Source: a virus
Lineage: Duplodnaviria > Caudoviricetes
Reading direction: 5' to 3' (one strand)
DNA length: 63,932 nt
Virus record (IMG/VR): IMGVR_UViG_3300037070_001552
Coordinates: 1 to 63,932 of that record
The first letter of the stretch is position 1, and each line of letters begins with the position of its first letter. Positions 9,480 through 17,503 of the stretch are shown piece by piece. The position numbers and the translations under genes are program-made. Below the pieces are notes generated by a model. It was not told the origin of the DNA, did no database searches, and saw nothing but the letters and a program-made list of their open reading frames with translations.

Positions 9480-9607
9480 TCACGAGGATGTGTAGAGCGA
9501 CCGGGAGCTGCGCCCTTGCGGACGCCCCAGCCATAGGGAGCACGTACGGGGATTAGCCGTGCCGTGCCGGATTCGAACCGATAACCGATCGCGTTCGACC
9601 CTCGTGA
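9480..9607 (-). ncRNA. Y-RNA-like unit B (T-loop plus non-tRNA hairpins)
   Basis: Conserved stem; CGG-TTCGAAT-CCG; GCGTCC-GCAA-GGGCGC GNRA hairpin; closing stem TCACGA/TCGTGA. Confidence 0.75.
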
Positions 9608-9613
9608 AGTAGT

Positions 9614-9758
9614 CATGACGGATGTGAGGTGAGACCGGAAGGGCTTTCGCCCGGCGCTCTGCCAGACTGAGCTACCCCGCGCGAACGCGGGGGCGGGATT
9701 TGAACCCGCGACCACCCTTTCCACAGAAGATAACCGATTACTCGATCGACCCGTCATG
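9614..9758 (-). ncRNA. yrlA: YrlA-like Y RNA unit A (permuted tRNA mimic)
   Basis: T arm GCGGG-TTCAAAT-CCCGC, acceptor-like stem CCCCGCG-TTCG-CGCGGGG, TA then D arm GCTC-AGTCTGGCA-GAGC; closing stem CATGAC/GTCATG. Confidence 0.88.
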
Positions 9759-9785
9759 TAAGTCTCTATGTAGTTACTGGGGTAC

Positions 9786-9815
9786 ACATTAGCTTGACCC
9801 CTGGCAAGCCCGCAA
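9786..9815 (-). promoter_or_regulatory. Putative SigA promoter of the Y-RNA/rsr operon
   Basis: TTGCGG-N18-TAATGT then GTACCCCA; the same downstream pattern occurs at 35989 and 57316. Confidence 0.55.
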
Positions 9816-9830
9816 GTCTACGCTCGAGAT

Positions 9831-10370
9831 TCAGTACCCCGCAAGGTCCATCGTTGTGCGCTCGTCGTGCTCGATCCATCGGAGCATCACGAAGCTCCCG
9901 CGGTACTCGGCCCAGCTGCGGAACGGGCGCCACCACTGATCCAGTGTCACGGTGCCGCGCACCAGCTGGCCGTGCCACCCGAATACGAGCGACCGCCAGA
10001 ACTCCACCTCGAGCTCGGGGCGCTCGTAGATCGGGTCGAGGTTGACCTCGGCAGGCGGCATCCATCCGCGCTGTGACATGACGGTGCCGGCCGGCTTGCC
10101 AGCGGCGTCGATCACGCGGAGCCGCTTCGGTGCCGGGCGTGGTTTTGCGGCACCGCACGGGCCGTCAAGCATCGTCGTCACCACGGCACCGCTGAACGAT
10201 CGGACATTGATCACGTTGCAGCTGCCGCACGTGCAGCCGAGACGCTCTCGATCGGTCGGTACGCGATTCGCGTTACGCGTATTGCGTATCTCGCGGTCGC
10301 GTTGCTCGATGATCTCCATCTCGAGCGCCTTGTGCGCCTCTGAATTCCAGATGTCAGGGTCGAGCATCAT
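9831..10370 (-). CDS. Hypothetical protein
   Basis: Start MMLDPD overlaps upstream stop; CxCxxC motif. Confidence 0.65.
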   Translation of the reverse strand: MMLDPDIWNSEAHKALEMEIIEQRDREIRNTRNANRVPTDRERLGCTCGSCNVINVRSFSGAVVTTMLDGPCGAAKPRPAPKRLRVIDAAGKPAGTVMSQRGWMPPAEVNLDPIYERPELEVEFWRSLVFGWHGQLVRGTVTLDQWWRPFRSWAEYRGSFVMLRWIEHDERTTMDLAGY

Positions 10371-10522
10371 TCGATCCTCTGGCTGGCGACCATGTGCTCG
10401 CTGAGCTCCACCTCGGCGTAGGTGCCATCGGGGGAGGTGTCGAGCACCACGGCATTGACGAACAGGCTGATCTGCTCGCCGACGTGCAACACGCGGTTGC
10501 TCTGGATGTAGAGCTTTTTCAT
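10367..10522 (-). CDS. Hypothetical protein
   Basis: MKKLYIQ...; ATGA overlaps at both ends. Confidence 0.6.
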   Translation of the reverse strand: MKKLYIQSNRVLHVGEQISLFVNAVVLDTSPDGTYAEVELSEHMVASQRIE

Positions 10523-10863
10523 GACACGAGCTCGAACGTGAGAGGGTGCGTGCCGACCCACCAGCACGCCGGCAATGTGCCCTTGGCTGCCTCGAGTGCA
10601 CGCACGCCGTCGAGCGGCATATGGTTGCGGGCTACATTCCACGGGATCAAGCCCTCACCCTCATCCACGCGGAGCAGGTGCTCCATCCGGTCGCACGAGA
10701 GCGAGTGGCTCGAGAGGCCGAGCTGCTCACGCGTCGCACTCGGCAGGCTCGTGAGCCAGACGAGGTTGTAGCCGAGCAGGGCGTGCGGCTGAGGCGTGAG
10801 CAACGACTGCACCTCGAGCTTCTCGAGCACGTGCCGGCACGTGCGGTGGTAGAGCGCGGTCAT
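10519..10863 (-). CDS. Hypothetical protein
   Basis: MTALYHRTC...VWLTS; coupled overlaps. Confidence 0.7.
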   Translation of the reverse strand: MTALYHRTCRHVLEKLEVQSLLTPQPHALLGYNLVWLTSLPSATREQLGLSSHSLSCDRMEHLLRVDEGEGLIPWNVARNHMPLDGVRALEAAKGTLPACWWVGTHPLTFELVS

Positions 10864-11093
10864 CGCCCGGTCGTCTCGACGATCGTGCCGGATGCCACGT
10901 GAGCGGACGGGTACGCGTACGGCGGGGTGCCGTTGGAGACCCATCGGTTGTCGCCGACACGCGTCCACACGACGCCGTTGCTCCACGTGACCTTGCTGCC
11001 GCGCCGGCGAGGCAGGTTCTCGACTGCTTCGAGGATGCGCTGAGCGTTTTCGGCGGCTCTACGTGCGCGTTTCAGTTCTAGCTGGTTGCCCAT
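10860..11093 (-). CDS. Hypothetical protein
   Basis: GGAAGGA RBS; coupled to next gene. Confidence 0.7.
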   Translation of the reverse strand: MGNQLELKRARRAAENAQRILEAVENLPRRRGSKVTWSNGVVWTRVGDNRWVSNGTPPYAYPSAHVASGTIVETTGR

Positions 11094-11188
11094 GATCGTC
11101 CTTCCGACGGAATTGGGGCGGAATGGTGGCTGGCTTTAGCGCTGTGCGCCTCTCTGACGGATTAGGCCCTATCACCCGTCCGGGAACC

Positions 11189-11503
11189 TCAACGCGGCAG
11201 AGAGGCGCTGAGCGCGTCCTGCATGGATGCGGTTTCGAACCACGCCTGAAAGCTTTCGTCGTCCATGATCGCGACGAAGCCTTTGGGCGAGAGCAGAATC
11301 CACTCGCCGTCCTTCACCCACCACGGGTGACCGTCGCGCTCGAATTTCAACGTGTAGGTGTAGGTCGAGGCGGCGGGGTCGGCCTTGTTCAGCTGCGCCG
11401 TCTGGCGCAGCTGTCCGTGCACGAGCTCTGTGATCGCGTAGCGGTTCTCGTGCGTCAGCTGCAGCGCCTGGATGCCACGGCGTGCGACGACGTTGTGGAT
11501 CAT
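11189..11503 (-). CDS. Hypothetical protein
   Basis: 104-aa ORF; ATGA overlap. Confidence 0.7.
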   Translation of the reverse strand: MIHNVVARRGIQALQLTHENRYAITELVHGQLRQTAQLNKADPAASTYTYTLKFERDGHPWWVKDGEWILLSPKGFVAIMDDESFQAWFETASMQDALSASLPR

Positions 11504-11811
11504 GGCGACTCCGGTTCACTCGGTTGGGTGTCCGCGGCGCGTTCGAGGAATGTCTCGGGCTGTTCCCAGCCATGCTCCGGTTCCGAATCCGTCGAATGGG
11601 TGCTCGCCTGACAGCACACGCCGTCGTAGCACCCGCAGCACTTGGCGTGCTTGCCTTCGTGCATCCCGCACGTAGGGCAGTCCTCGCAGACGTGCGGACC
11701 GGTCGCTGGTTTGATGTGCCAGTTCGGATCGGACGAGGATAGGCACCAGTGCCCGTCCTGCCTGTGAATATCAACGCTGTTGCCCTCGCGGGGCCAAACC
11801 AGCATCATCAC
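11500..11811 (-). CDS. Hypothetical Cys-rich protein
   Basis: CEDCPTC...CCGC...CC; GGGAG RBS. Confidence 0.6.
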   Translation of the reverse strand: MMMLVWPREGNSVDIHRQDGHWCLSSSDPNWHIKPATGPHVCEDCPTCGMHEGKHAKCCGCYDGVCCQASTHSTDSEPEHGWEQPETFLERAADTQPSEPESP

Positions 11812-11972
11812 TCGCTCCCATTCGTGTGGTCCAGCAGGACGCGAAGGTCCGAGAACTCCAACAGATGGATCTTCCCGTCCGTGTCGCGATATGCCGCCGC
11901 CTGGTGCTTCACCGAGCCAGCGCACTCCATGTACTTCTCGACCCGAGCGCGGGCTTTCTCGTACTCGCTCAT
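11808..11972 (-). CDS. Small hypothetical protein (54 aa, not in ORF track)
   Basis: MSEYEKARAR...DHTNGSE*; GGGAG RBS; stop overlaps next GTG. Confidence 0.6.
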   Translation of the reverse strand: MSEYEKARARVEKYMECAGSVKHQAAAYRDTDGKIHLLEFSDLRVLLDHTNGSE

Positions 11973-11997
11973 GCTTGGCTCCCATTCGTGTGGATGG

Positions 11998-12213
11998 TCA
12001 TATGAGCTCCGCTATCGCTACGCGCCGTGCTGCGATCTCGGCTGAGATCTCGTGTCCGAGAGGATGCTCGGCCAGCATGTTCTCGAGCTGCTTGGGCCCG
12101 ATCACGAGCTCGGTGATCGCGAGGCCGGCCTTGATCTCGGCGCGGGTGGCGATGAGCTCGTTGATCTCCTTGGTCAACTCGATCGCTTGCCGCAGGTTCT
12201 CGCTATGTGCCAT
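11998..12213 (-). CDS. Hypothetical protein
   Basis: MAHSENLRQ...; GGAGGA RBS. Confidence 0.65.
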   Translation of the reverse strand: MAHSENLRQAIELTKEINELIATRAEIKAGLAITELVIGPKQLENMLAEHPLGHEISAEIAARRVAIAELI

Positions 12214-12367
12214 CGGGCTCGTCCTCCCACGAGTTGATCGAAATGGATGTGGCGTAGTCGTCCAGCCCGAAGCCGATCGCCGCCCTCGAGAGGGTCTCGA
12301 CGATCCGCGTGGCCGCGGCTTCGTCGCTGGTCTGAACACTGAGTGTGATGGAGAGCGTCTTGCTCAT
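12203..12367 (-). CDS. Hypothetical protein
   Basis: MSKTLSITL...; GGAGGA RBS. Confidence 0.6.
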   Translation of the reverse strand: MSKTLSITLSVQTSDEAAATRIVETLSRAAIGFGLDDYATSISINSWEDEPDGT

Positions 12368-12642
12368 GTGGTGTGATCCTCCGGTGGATGCTGGCCCGGA
12401 ATCATGAGGGATGTGCGGCCGGGCCAATACACCGCTCCGATCTTCGCGATCGGATCATCCCTCGGGGTGAGCAGCTGGAACGTTGCGAGGCCGTCCTCGT
12501 CGACGCCGAGGTACAGGCTCGGGAGATCCGTGAAGGTGGCACCGTCGTAGTAGGTGATCCACACCCCCGTGGGGCCTTCGGGTGGCTCCACGGGGGCGTC
12601 CTTCGCGAGCTCGCGATCGTGTTCGCTCGGCACGTCAGTCAT
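12364..12642 (-). CDS. Hypothetical protein
   Basis: ATGA overlaps. Confidence 0.65.
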   Translation of the reverse strand: MTDVPSEHDRELAKDAPVEPPEGPTGVWITYYDGATFTDLPSLYLGVDEDGLATFQLLTPRDDPIAKIGAVYWPGRTSLMIPGQHPPEDHTT

Positions 12643-12965
12643 CGGTCTGGCTTCTCCCTGATCTGCAGGCGCAGCTCGAGCCCTGCTGCGGCGAGTGCGG
12701 TGCGAATGTCGCCGAGAGCGACGTGATCAAGCGTGATGCTCGCCGGCTCGAACGGTCGCCAGCCGGCGTCGATGTTGCTCGGGTGCCGCAACTCACGGGG
12801 CAGGGCGGTCGGCTCGCCACGGATCGGGATCGGCGTTGCGGGTGGGCGCGGGGTTCCGACCATGCAGTTGCAGTCGTTGTCGCTCGCCATGTTGAAGCAC
12901 GCGCCGGCGAAGTGGTCTGCATGCCCACAGCCGGTGCACGTGGTTGCGCCAGGCCCGTCACTCAC
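12639..12965 (-). CDS. Hypothetical protein with N-terminal Cys/His cluster
   Basis: CTGCGHADH...C...CNC. Confidence 0.6.
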   Translation of the reverse strand: MSDGPGATTCTGCGHADHFAGACFNMASDNDCNCMVGTPRPPATPIPIRGEPTALPRELRHPSNIDAGWRPFEPASITLDHVALGDIRTALAAAGLELRLQIREKPDR

Positions 12966-13170
12966 CGAGCACCGCCGCGAACCTGCGCAATGCCACGGTG
13001 GTCGAGCGAATGGCGTCCATGAACGTCGGGTGCACGTGCAGGCGGTGCTTCTCCCACTCGCGCTGGACCCTCCACTTGCGCCGGAACCCGAAGTGCTTGT
13101 CGCACTGCGGGCAGGCGCCGACGTAGTAGTGCTTGCGGATCTTGTAGACCTGAATCTCGTCGTCCATCAC
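12958..13170 (-). CDS. Small zinc-finger-like protein
   Basis: CPQC...HRLHVH; GGAGGAG RBS. Confidence 0.6.
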   Translation of the reverse strand: MMDDEIQVYKIRKHYYVGACPQCDKHFGFRRKWRVQREWEKHRLHVHPTFMDAIRSTTVALRRFAAVLGE

Positions 13171-14144
13171 TTCTCCTCCATCGGGCCGGCATCGACCACG
13201 TTGATCGTGCGTCCGTTGCCCACCCAGCTGATCATCGGGCCCTCCTCGTAGCGCCCGCTCACGCCCTCGAGCTCGCCGCGGGCTTCGGCCTTCATCCGCT
13301 TGCCGGTGTTCTCGAGCTTGCGTCCCTCGATGTAGCGGCGTGCGGCGCTGAGGTGGTTCGGGTCCGTCAGGATCTCGACCGGCGCCCACTCGCTGCCACC
13401 CCAGCACTTGAACCGGCGAGGGCACTCGACCTTGGCCGAGAAGCAGAAACTCGGAGTGTAGTCCCGCAAGGACCAGATCATCCGGGGATCTCCGGTCTCG
13501 TCGAGCGCCTTTTGCGCCGCCACGACTTCGCCTATGCGCTGCTCGGCCAGCTTCACGTAGCCCTGCACCTGCTCCCACGTCACGATGAACGCGACGAACT
13601 CCTGGTAGTCGCCGGTGCGGTCGTAGTAGACGATCCGCGCCTCACTGCCGGCCGGCAGAATGCCGGCCTGCACGAGACCCATCACGTACAGCGAGACCTG
13701 AATCCAGTAGCCCAACTTGGGGCCCTCGTAGAGCACCGAGCCCATGGCCGCGGTCGACTTGAGATCCGTGAGGATCTGGCGGTCCATGAAGATCGCGTCG
13801 CTCGCGCCGCTGATCTCGAGGCCCAGGCTCTCGAGGTAGGTCGTAACCCTCTGCTGAGTCAGCGCGTCGAGGCGCTTGCCAAAGATCCGCTCGAGCTCCT
13901 CGCCCATCACCGTGCCGATGTGCGCCGCGAGAGGCCAGTGATCCTCGGGTGCGTCGTCCTCGGCCGGCTCGAAGAACTTGGAGCGGAGCAGCTCGCGGCA
14001 TCCGCCCACCTCGCTCGGGCCGACCAGGCGCTGTGCCGTCCGCGGCCGCTCACGCTCCTCGCTCAACACGGCGTCCAGCAAGATCGCCTCGAGCGCGTAG
14101 TCGCGAGGGAACTTCTCGCCGACGATGGCTGTCGTGTCATCCAT
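13167..14144 (-). CDS. Cas4-like PD-(D/E)XK exonuclease
   Basis: GPSEVGGCR, SGASD, TDLKS, QVSLY and C-terminal Cys cluster; adjacent to annealase. Confidence 0.8.
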   Translation of the reverse strand: MDDTTAIVGEKFPRDYALEAILLDAVLSEERERPRTAQRLVGPSEVGGCRELLRSKFFEPAEDDAPEDHWPLAAHIGTVMGEELERIFGKRLDALTQQRVTTYLESLGLEISGASDAIFMDRQILTDLKSTAAMGSVLYEGPKLGYWIQVSLYVMGLVQAGILPAGSEARIVYYDRTGDYQEFVAFIVTWEQVQGYVKLAEQRIGEVVAAQKALDETGDPRMIWSLRDYTPSFCFSAKVECPRRFKCWGGSEWAPVEILTDPNHLSAARRYIEGRKLENTGKRMKAEARGELEGVSGRYEEGPMISWVGNGRTINVVDAGPMEEK

Positions 14145-14316
14145 TCTCGGTCCACCTTGCCTTGATGTAGTCGTAGCTCGGATCGAACGGACGATCGCCA
14201 TCTTCGTGCCGGATGGTGATCACCGCGTTCTCGGGCACCTTGTCGAGCCACGACTTAAGGCTGCCGGCCGTGGTCCCGTTCGAGATTTCGGCCTCGCGTT
14301 CCAGACTCGTTTTCAT
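14137..14316 (-). CDS. Small hypothetical protein (59 aa, not in ORF track)
   Basis: MKTSLEREAE...WTENG*; CCCCGGAAGGAG RBS. Confidence 0.65.
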   Translation of the reverse strand: MKTSLEREAEISNGTTAGSLKSWLDKVPENAVITIRHEDGDRPFDPSYDYIKARWTENG

Positions 14317-14337
14317 GTCGTCTCCTTCCGGGGAGGG

Positions 14338-15006
14338 TCAGGCGTCGGGGCCGTCGCGGTGGTCGACCTTGAGGCCGGCCGCGACTTGCGCCATGTACGG
14401 GTCTTGCACTTGCTCTGCGCCCTGGCGCATCTGGCCGACTGCCGGCGGCACCTGAGCGGTGATCTGCTGGACAGCCTGTGCCGCCTCGGCGAGCTCGCGC
14501 AGGTACTGGTCGCGCTTGCCGATCTGATCCGGCGACCACACGGCGCCGATCACATCGAGCATCGAGGCGTCGTTGTAGAGCGACAGCCCGAACTGCGTAC
14601 CCAGGAAGATCGCCGCTCGCTTGAGGGCGTCGGACTCGGCCGACTTGAGGGCGGCGTCGCAGGACTCAGTGAAGTCAGGCAGGCTCGCGTCGGCGATGGC
14701 CGACTCCTGGTACACGGCGCCGGTCTGGTGGATCGTGAGGCGCACCGTCGCCTTCCACGTGACCTTCCAGTTGAGCTTGTCGCCCTTGGTCTGCGGCACC
14801 TGATCGGCGCGCACCATTTCGTCGGCGATGCACTCGCTCGAGAAGCCGCCGAAGCCGAACACTCGGATCAGCGCGGCCTTGATCGCCCACGCCTCCATGT
14901 AGCTGAGGTTGGTCGAGCCCTGGCGGCGGTGTGCGACCTGGCCGGGGTTCAGGTTCTCGTGCAGATACCACAGCTGGGCGGGGGACAGGGATTCGCGTTC
15001 GGTCAT
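14338..15006 (-). CDS. Rad52/Rad22-family single-strand annealing protein
   Basis: LSYMEAWAIKAALIRVFGFGGFS and KSAESDALKRAAIFLGTQFGLSLY. Confidence 0.85.
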   Translation of the reverse strand: MTERESLSPAQLWYLHENLNPGQVAHRRQGSTNLSYMEAWAIKAALIRVFGFGGFSSECIADEMVRADQVPQTKGDKLNWKVTWKATVRLTIHQTGAVYQESAIADASLPDFTESCDAALKSAESDALKRAAIFLGTQFGLSLYNDASMLDVIGAVWSPDQIGKRDQYLRELAEAAQAVQQITAQVPPAVGQMRQGAEQVQDPYMAQVAAGLKVDHRDGPDA

Positions 15007-15548
15007 GAGGCTCTCCGGTTCTCGTAGTACTTGCGGGATTGTTCGGCGTTGCATCGGCGGCATCTGCGGCGGCCGTTGCGTAGGTGCAGGGTGTTCTCTG
15101 CGTCGTACGCATGGCGCTTCGGGCAGTGCGTCTTGGCGGCGTTGATCTCGCCGACGTTCTGCCCACCATCCGAGTGCTTCGATCGCCACGATAGGTAGCA
15201 CGTCCGACACCGCCAGCCCATGCTGTTGTCGGGCATTTCGTTGCCGGCATACAGGTGTCCGTTCGGGCAGCGCTCGCCGCGCTTGCGCCCGGTCTGCGCG
15301 ATGAACAGGTAGGGGTTGACGTTCTTCGGATGGATGCCGTCGCGGAGGTGCAGGGTTTGGCCGTACTCGAGCGGGCCGATCACCTTCTCGTAGAGGTGCC
15401 GGCTCAGCCGGGTGGGCAAGCCCTCGACGTAGATCGTCGGCTGGCTCTGCCCTTTCCAGTAGCACCAGTCGGGCAGCACAAGCGCACGATCCGGGTGCGC
15501 CTGCAGCTGCTCGAGGATCAGCGCCTCGAGCTCGTCAGTCAGCTTCAT
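15003..15548 (-). CDS. HNH-related protein with two C-terminal zinc-binding repeats
   Basis: RHLYEKVIGPL...VNPYL; CPNGH..CRTC and THCPKRH..ENT..CRRC; catalytic residues look degenerate. Confidence 0.6.
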   Translation of the reverse strand: MKLTDELEALILEQLQAHPDRALVLPDWCYWKGQSQPTIYVEGLPTRLSRHLYEKVIGPLEYGQTLHLRDGIHPKNVNPYLFIAQTGRKRGERCPNGHLYAGNEMPDNSMGWRCRTCYLSWRSKHSDGGQNVGEINAAKTHCPKRHAYDAENTLHLRNGRRRCRRCNAEQSRKYYENRRAS

Positions 15549-15924
15549 GGAGCCTCATCGACAGGTGAGTGCGCTCGTCCTCGTTCAGCGCCACAGTGAA
15601 GCCCTCGGCTCGCACGTCGTAGCGCACGAACTCGTCGGGCTCAGATACGCCGTAGCCGGCGAAAGGCCAGGGCTTTCCCTCCCGGATCACGGGATCGAGC
15701 CAGACGTTCAGGTCGGCCCGGAACTCAGCCGTTCCACGCGCCCCGTCGGGGCCAGGCTGGCTCTCGAGCAGAACGTAGGCGGTGCCGCGGAGTCGGTGCT
15801 GTGCGCCCTCGATGATCGGCGGCTCGAGGCTGTAACCCTCTCGGAGCAGGGCTTGCACGAGGGCCATCTGCACGTGCGTGTCGTGCACCTGGCTCATGAT
15901 GATCTCGCGGAGCGTCAGGCTCAT
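15535..15924 (-). CDS. Hypothetical protein
   Basis: 129-aa ORF within operon. Confidence 0.65.
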   Translation of the reverse strand: MSLTLREIIMSQVHDTHVQMALVQALLREGYSLEPPIIEGAQHRLRGTAYVLLESQPGPDGARGTAEFRADLNVWLDPVIREGKPWPFAGYGVSEPDEFVRYDVRAEGFTVALNEDERTHLSMRLHEAD

Positions 15925-16472
15925 GGCAATTCCAATCCGTTCATAGCTCGCAGGCGGATCTCGGGGATCTCGCCGTCGACCGGCTTGCCGATCAGGCGGG
16001 CGCCGATGAGTGCGAGGTTCAGGGCGTCGGCCTGGTCGTTGTTCTGAATGTCGACATCGTGATGCCGGCGTGCGGTGGCGAGAAGCACCTGATCCTTCTC
16101 GAGCCCGCTACCACGGCCGGTCGCGTAGATCTTCACCTTTGTGTTGTGCACAAGCACGGTCGGGATGTTCATGATGCGGAGCTCGCGCGCCACGAACCAG
16201 AACAGGCCAGCACGATCGAACGCTGACCCTTGCCCTGAGTTGAACGCCTCCTCGATGGTGGCGATCTTCGGGTGCTCGATGTGCTCGAGGATCACGTCGA
16301 CGCACTGGCTCGCCAGCAGCTCGAGGCGGCCGAGGCGCTCCTCGAGCGTCTCGTGCCTCTTGCCCTTGCGGCCGAAGGTGTACGTGACCATGCCGTCGGA
16401 ACCGACCACAGCGACACCCGCAGAGGTGAGGCTGAGATCGAACCCGATGGCGGTGGGCTCCCAAAGGATCAT
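15921..16472 (-). CDS. RuvC-like Holliday junction resolvase
   Basis: IGFDLSLTSAGVA, TIEE, VKIYATGRG..K, NDQADAL. Confidence 0.85.
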   Translation of the reverse strand: MILWEPTAIGFDLSLTSAGVAVVGSDGMVTYTFGRKGKRHETLEERLGRLELLASQCVDVILEHIEHPKIATIEEAFNSGQGSAFDRAGLFWFVARELRIMNIPTVLVHNTKVKIYATGRGSGLEKDQVLLATARRHHDVDIQNNDQADALNLALIGARLIGKPVDGEIPEIRLRAMNGLELP

Positions 16473-16669
16473 GTCTGCCTCACCCGGTTCTTCGGGTCGC
16501 GGTGCCGGGGGCAGTAGACGTGACCGTTGCTCACCGTCCAGCCGATCGAGCGGATCTTGGCGATGAGATCCGACTTGAGTACGCGGCCGTGGAACCGGAA
16601 GGAGGCCGGCTCGTGCCAGCCCCCCTCGCAGTAGACCTTGGCGTCCAGCTGGATGCCGTCGAGTCCCAT
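16469..16669 (-). CDS. Hypothetical protein
   Basis: MGLDGIQ...GWTV...YCPRH. Confidence 0.6.
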   Translation of the reverse strand: MGLDGIQLDAKVYCEGGWHEPASFRFHGRVLKSDLIAKIRSIGWTVSNGHVYCPRHRDPKNRVRQT

Positions 16670-16887
16670 CAGACCGTCTCGCCCCGGTTGTCGAATGCCG
16701 ACGTGTCCTCGGAGAAGTTGCGAGCGATCATCGGGTCGAGGATCAGGCCCGCGATGTGCACCGCGTCGCCCTTGTTCTCGTAGCCCTGACCGCCGCTCGT
16801 CCCCACGATGCGGTTGTTGCTGGCGACGACGCGCCAGTCCCACTTGCCGTCCGCTCGCCGGTAGTACTCGAGCCTGTATTCACCCAT
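16669..16887 (-). CDS. YegP/DUF1508-like protein
   Basis: DGKWDWRVVASNNRIVGTS..QGYENKGDA; GAGGAGG RBS. Confidence 0.7.
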   Translation of the reverse strand: MGEYRLEYYRRADGKWDWRVVASNNRIVGTSGGQGYENKGDAVHIAGLILDPMIARNFSEDTSAFDNRGETV

Positions 16888-16897
16888 GGTGTCCTCC

Positions 16898-17503
16898 TCA
16901 GAACGGGGTGTCGTCGCCGTACTGACCCGGCTGGGCAGGCGGCTGGTAGGTGCGGGCGTCGGGGAATCCACCCTGCTGCTGAGGCTGGGGCTGGCCGGCG
17001 TACGGCTGCTGGTAGCCCTGCTGGGGGCCGGCATACTGCGGGGCCACCTGCTGAGGTGCCTGCGGTGCGCCGGGGTACTGCGGTCCCGCCTGCTGAGGGC
17101 CGGCCGGCGCCTGTCCGCGCTGTCCGCCCTGCTGGTTGCCGGCGGATCGCGTCACCTGAGCGGTGGCGTAGCGAAGCGACGGGCCGATCTCGTCGATCTC
17201 GAGCTCGACGGTCGTGCGCTTCTCGCCCTCCTTGGTCTCGTAGGACTTCTGCTTGAGATTGCCAGAGGCCACGACGCGCGTGCCCTTGGTGAGCGAGCCG
17301 GCGATGTGCTCGGCCATTTCGCGCCATGCCGACGCTCGCATGAACAGCGTCTCGCCGTCCTTGAACTCGTTCGCCTGACGGTCGAACACGCGGGGCGTGC
17401 TGGCGATCGTCAGGTTGACGACCGGCAATCCGTTCTGCGTGTAGCGCAGCTCCGGGTCTGCGGTCAGGTTGCCCACGATCGTGAGCGGGGTCTCTCCTGC
17501 CAT
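16898..17503 (-). CDS. ssb: Single-stranded DNA-binding protein
   Basis: MAGETPLTIVGNLTADPELRYT; Q/G/P-rich linker; DDTPF tail. Confidence 0.95.
   Translation of the reverse strand: MAGETPLTIVGNLTADPELRYTQNGLPVVNLTIASTPRVFDRQANEFKDGETLFMRASAWREMAEHIAGSLTKGTRVVASGNLKQKSYETKEGEKRTTVELEIDEIGPSLRYATAQVTRSAGNQQGGQRGQAPAGPQQAGPQYPGAPQAPQQVAPQYAGPQQGYQQPYAGQPQPQQQGGFPDARTYQPPAQPGQYGDDTPF

Noticed and set aside
9265-9709. Canonical tRNA genes
   Set aside because: Arm order is T, acceptor, D; the acceptor stem is loop-closed; there is no anticodon arm or CCA
9022-9758. CRISPR array
   Set aside because: The conserved parts are two short motifs that pair with each other, and the interiors are structured and very unequal in length; no cas operon is present
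8966-9787. 273-aa minus-strand ORF across the array
   Set aside because: No RBS, overlaps rsr, and its recurring peptides simply reflect the RNA motifs
13167-14144. Cas4 as part of a CRISPR adaptation module
   Set aside because: No cas1/cas2 or array; its context is a phage recombination operon
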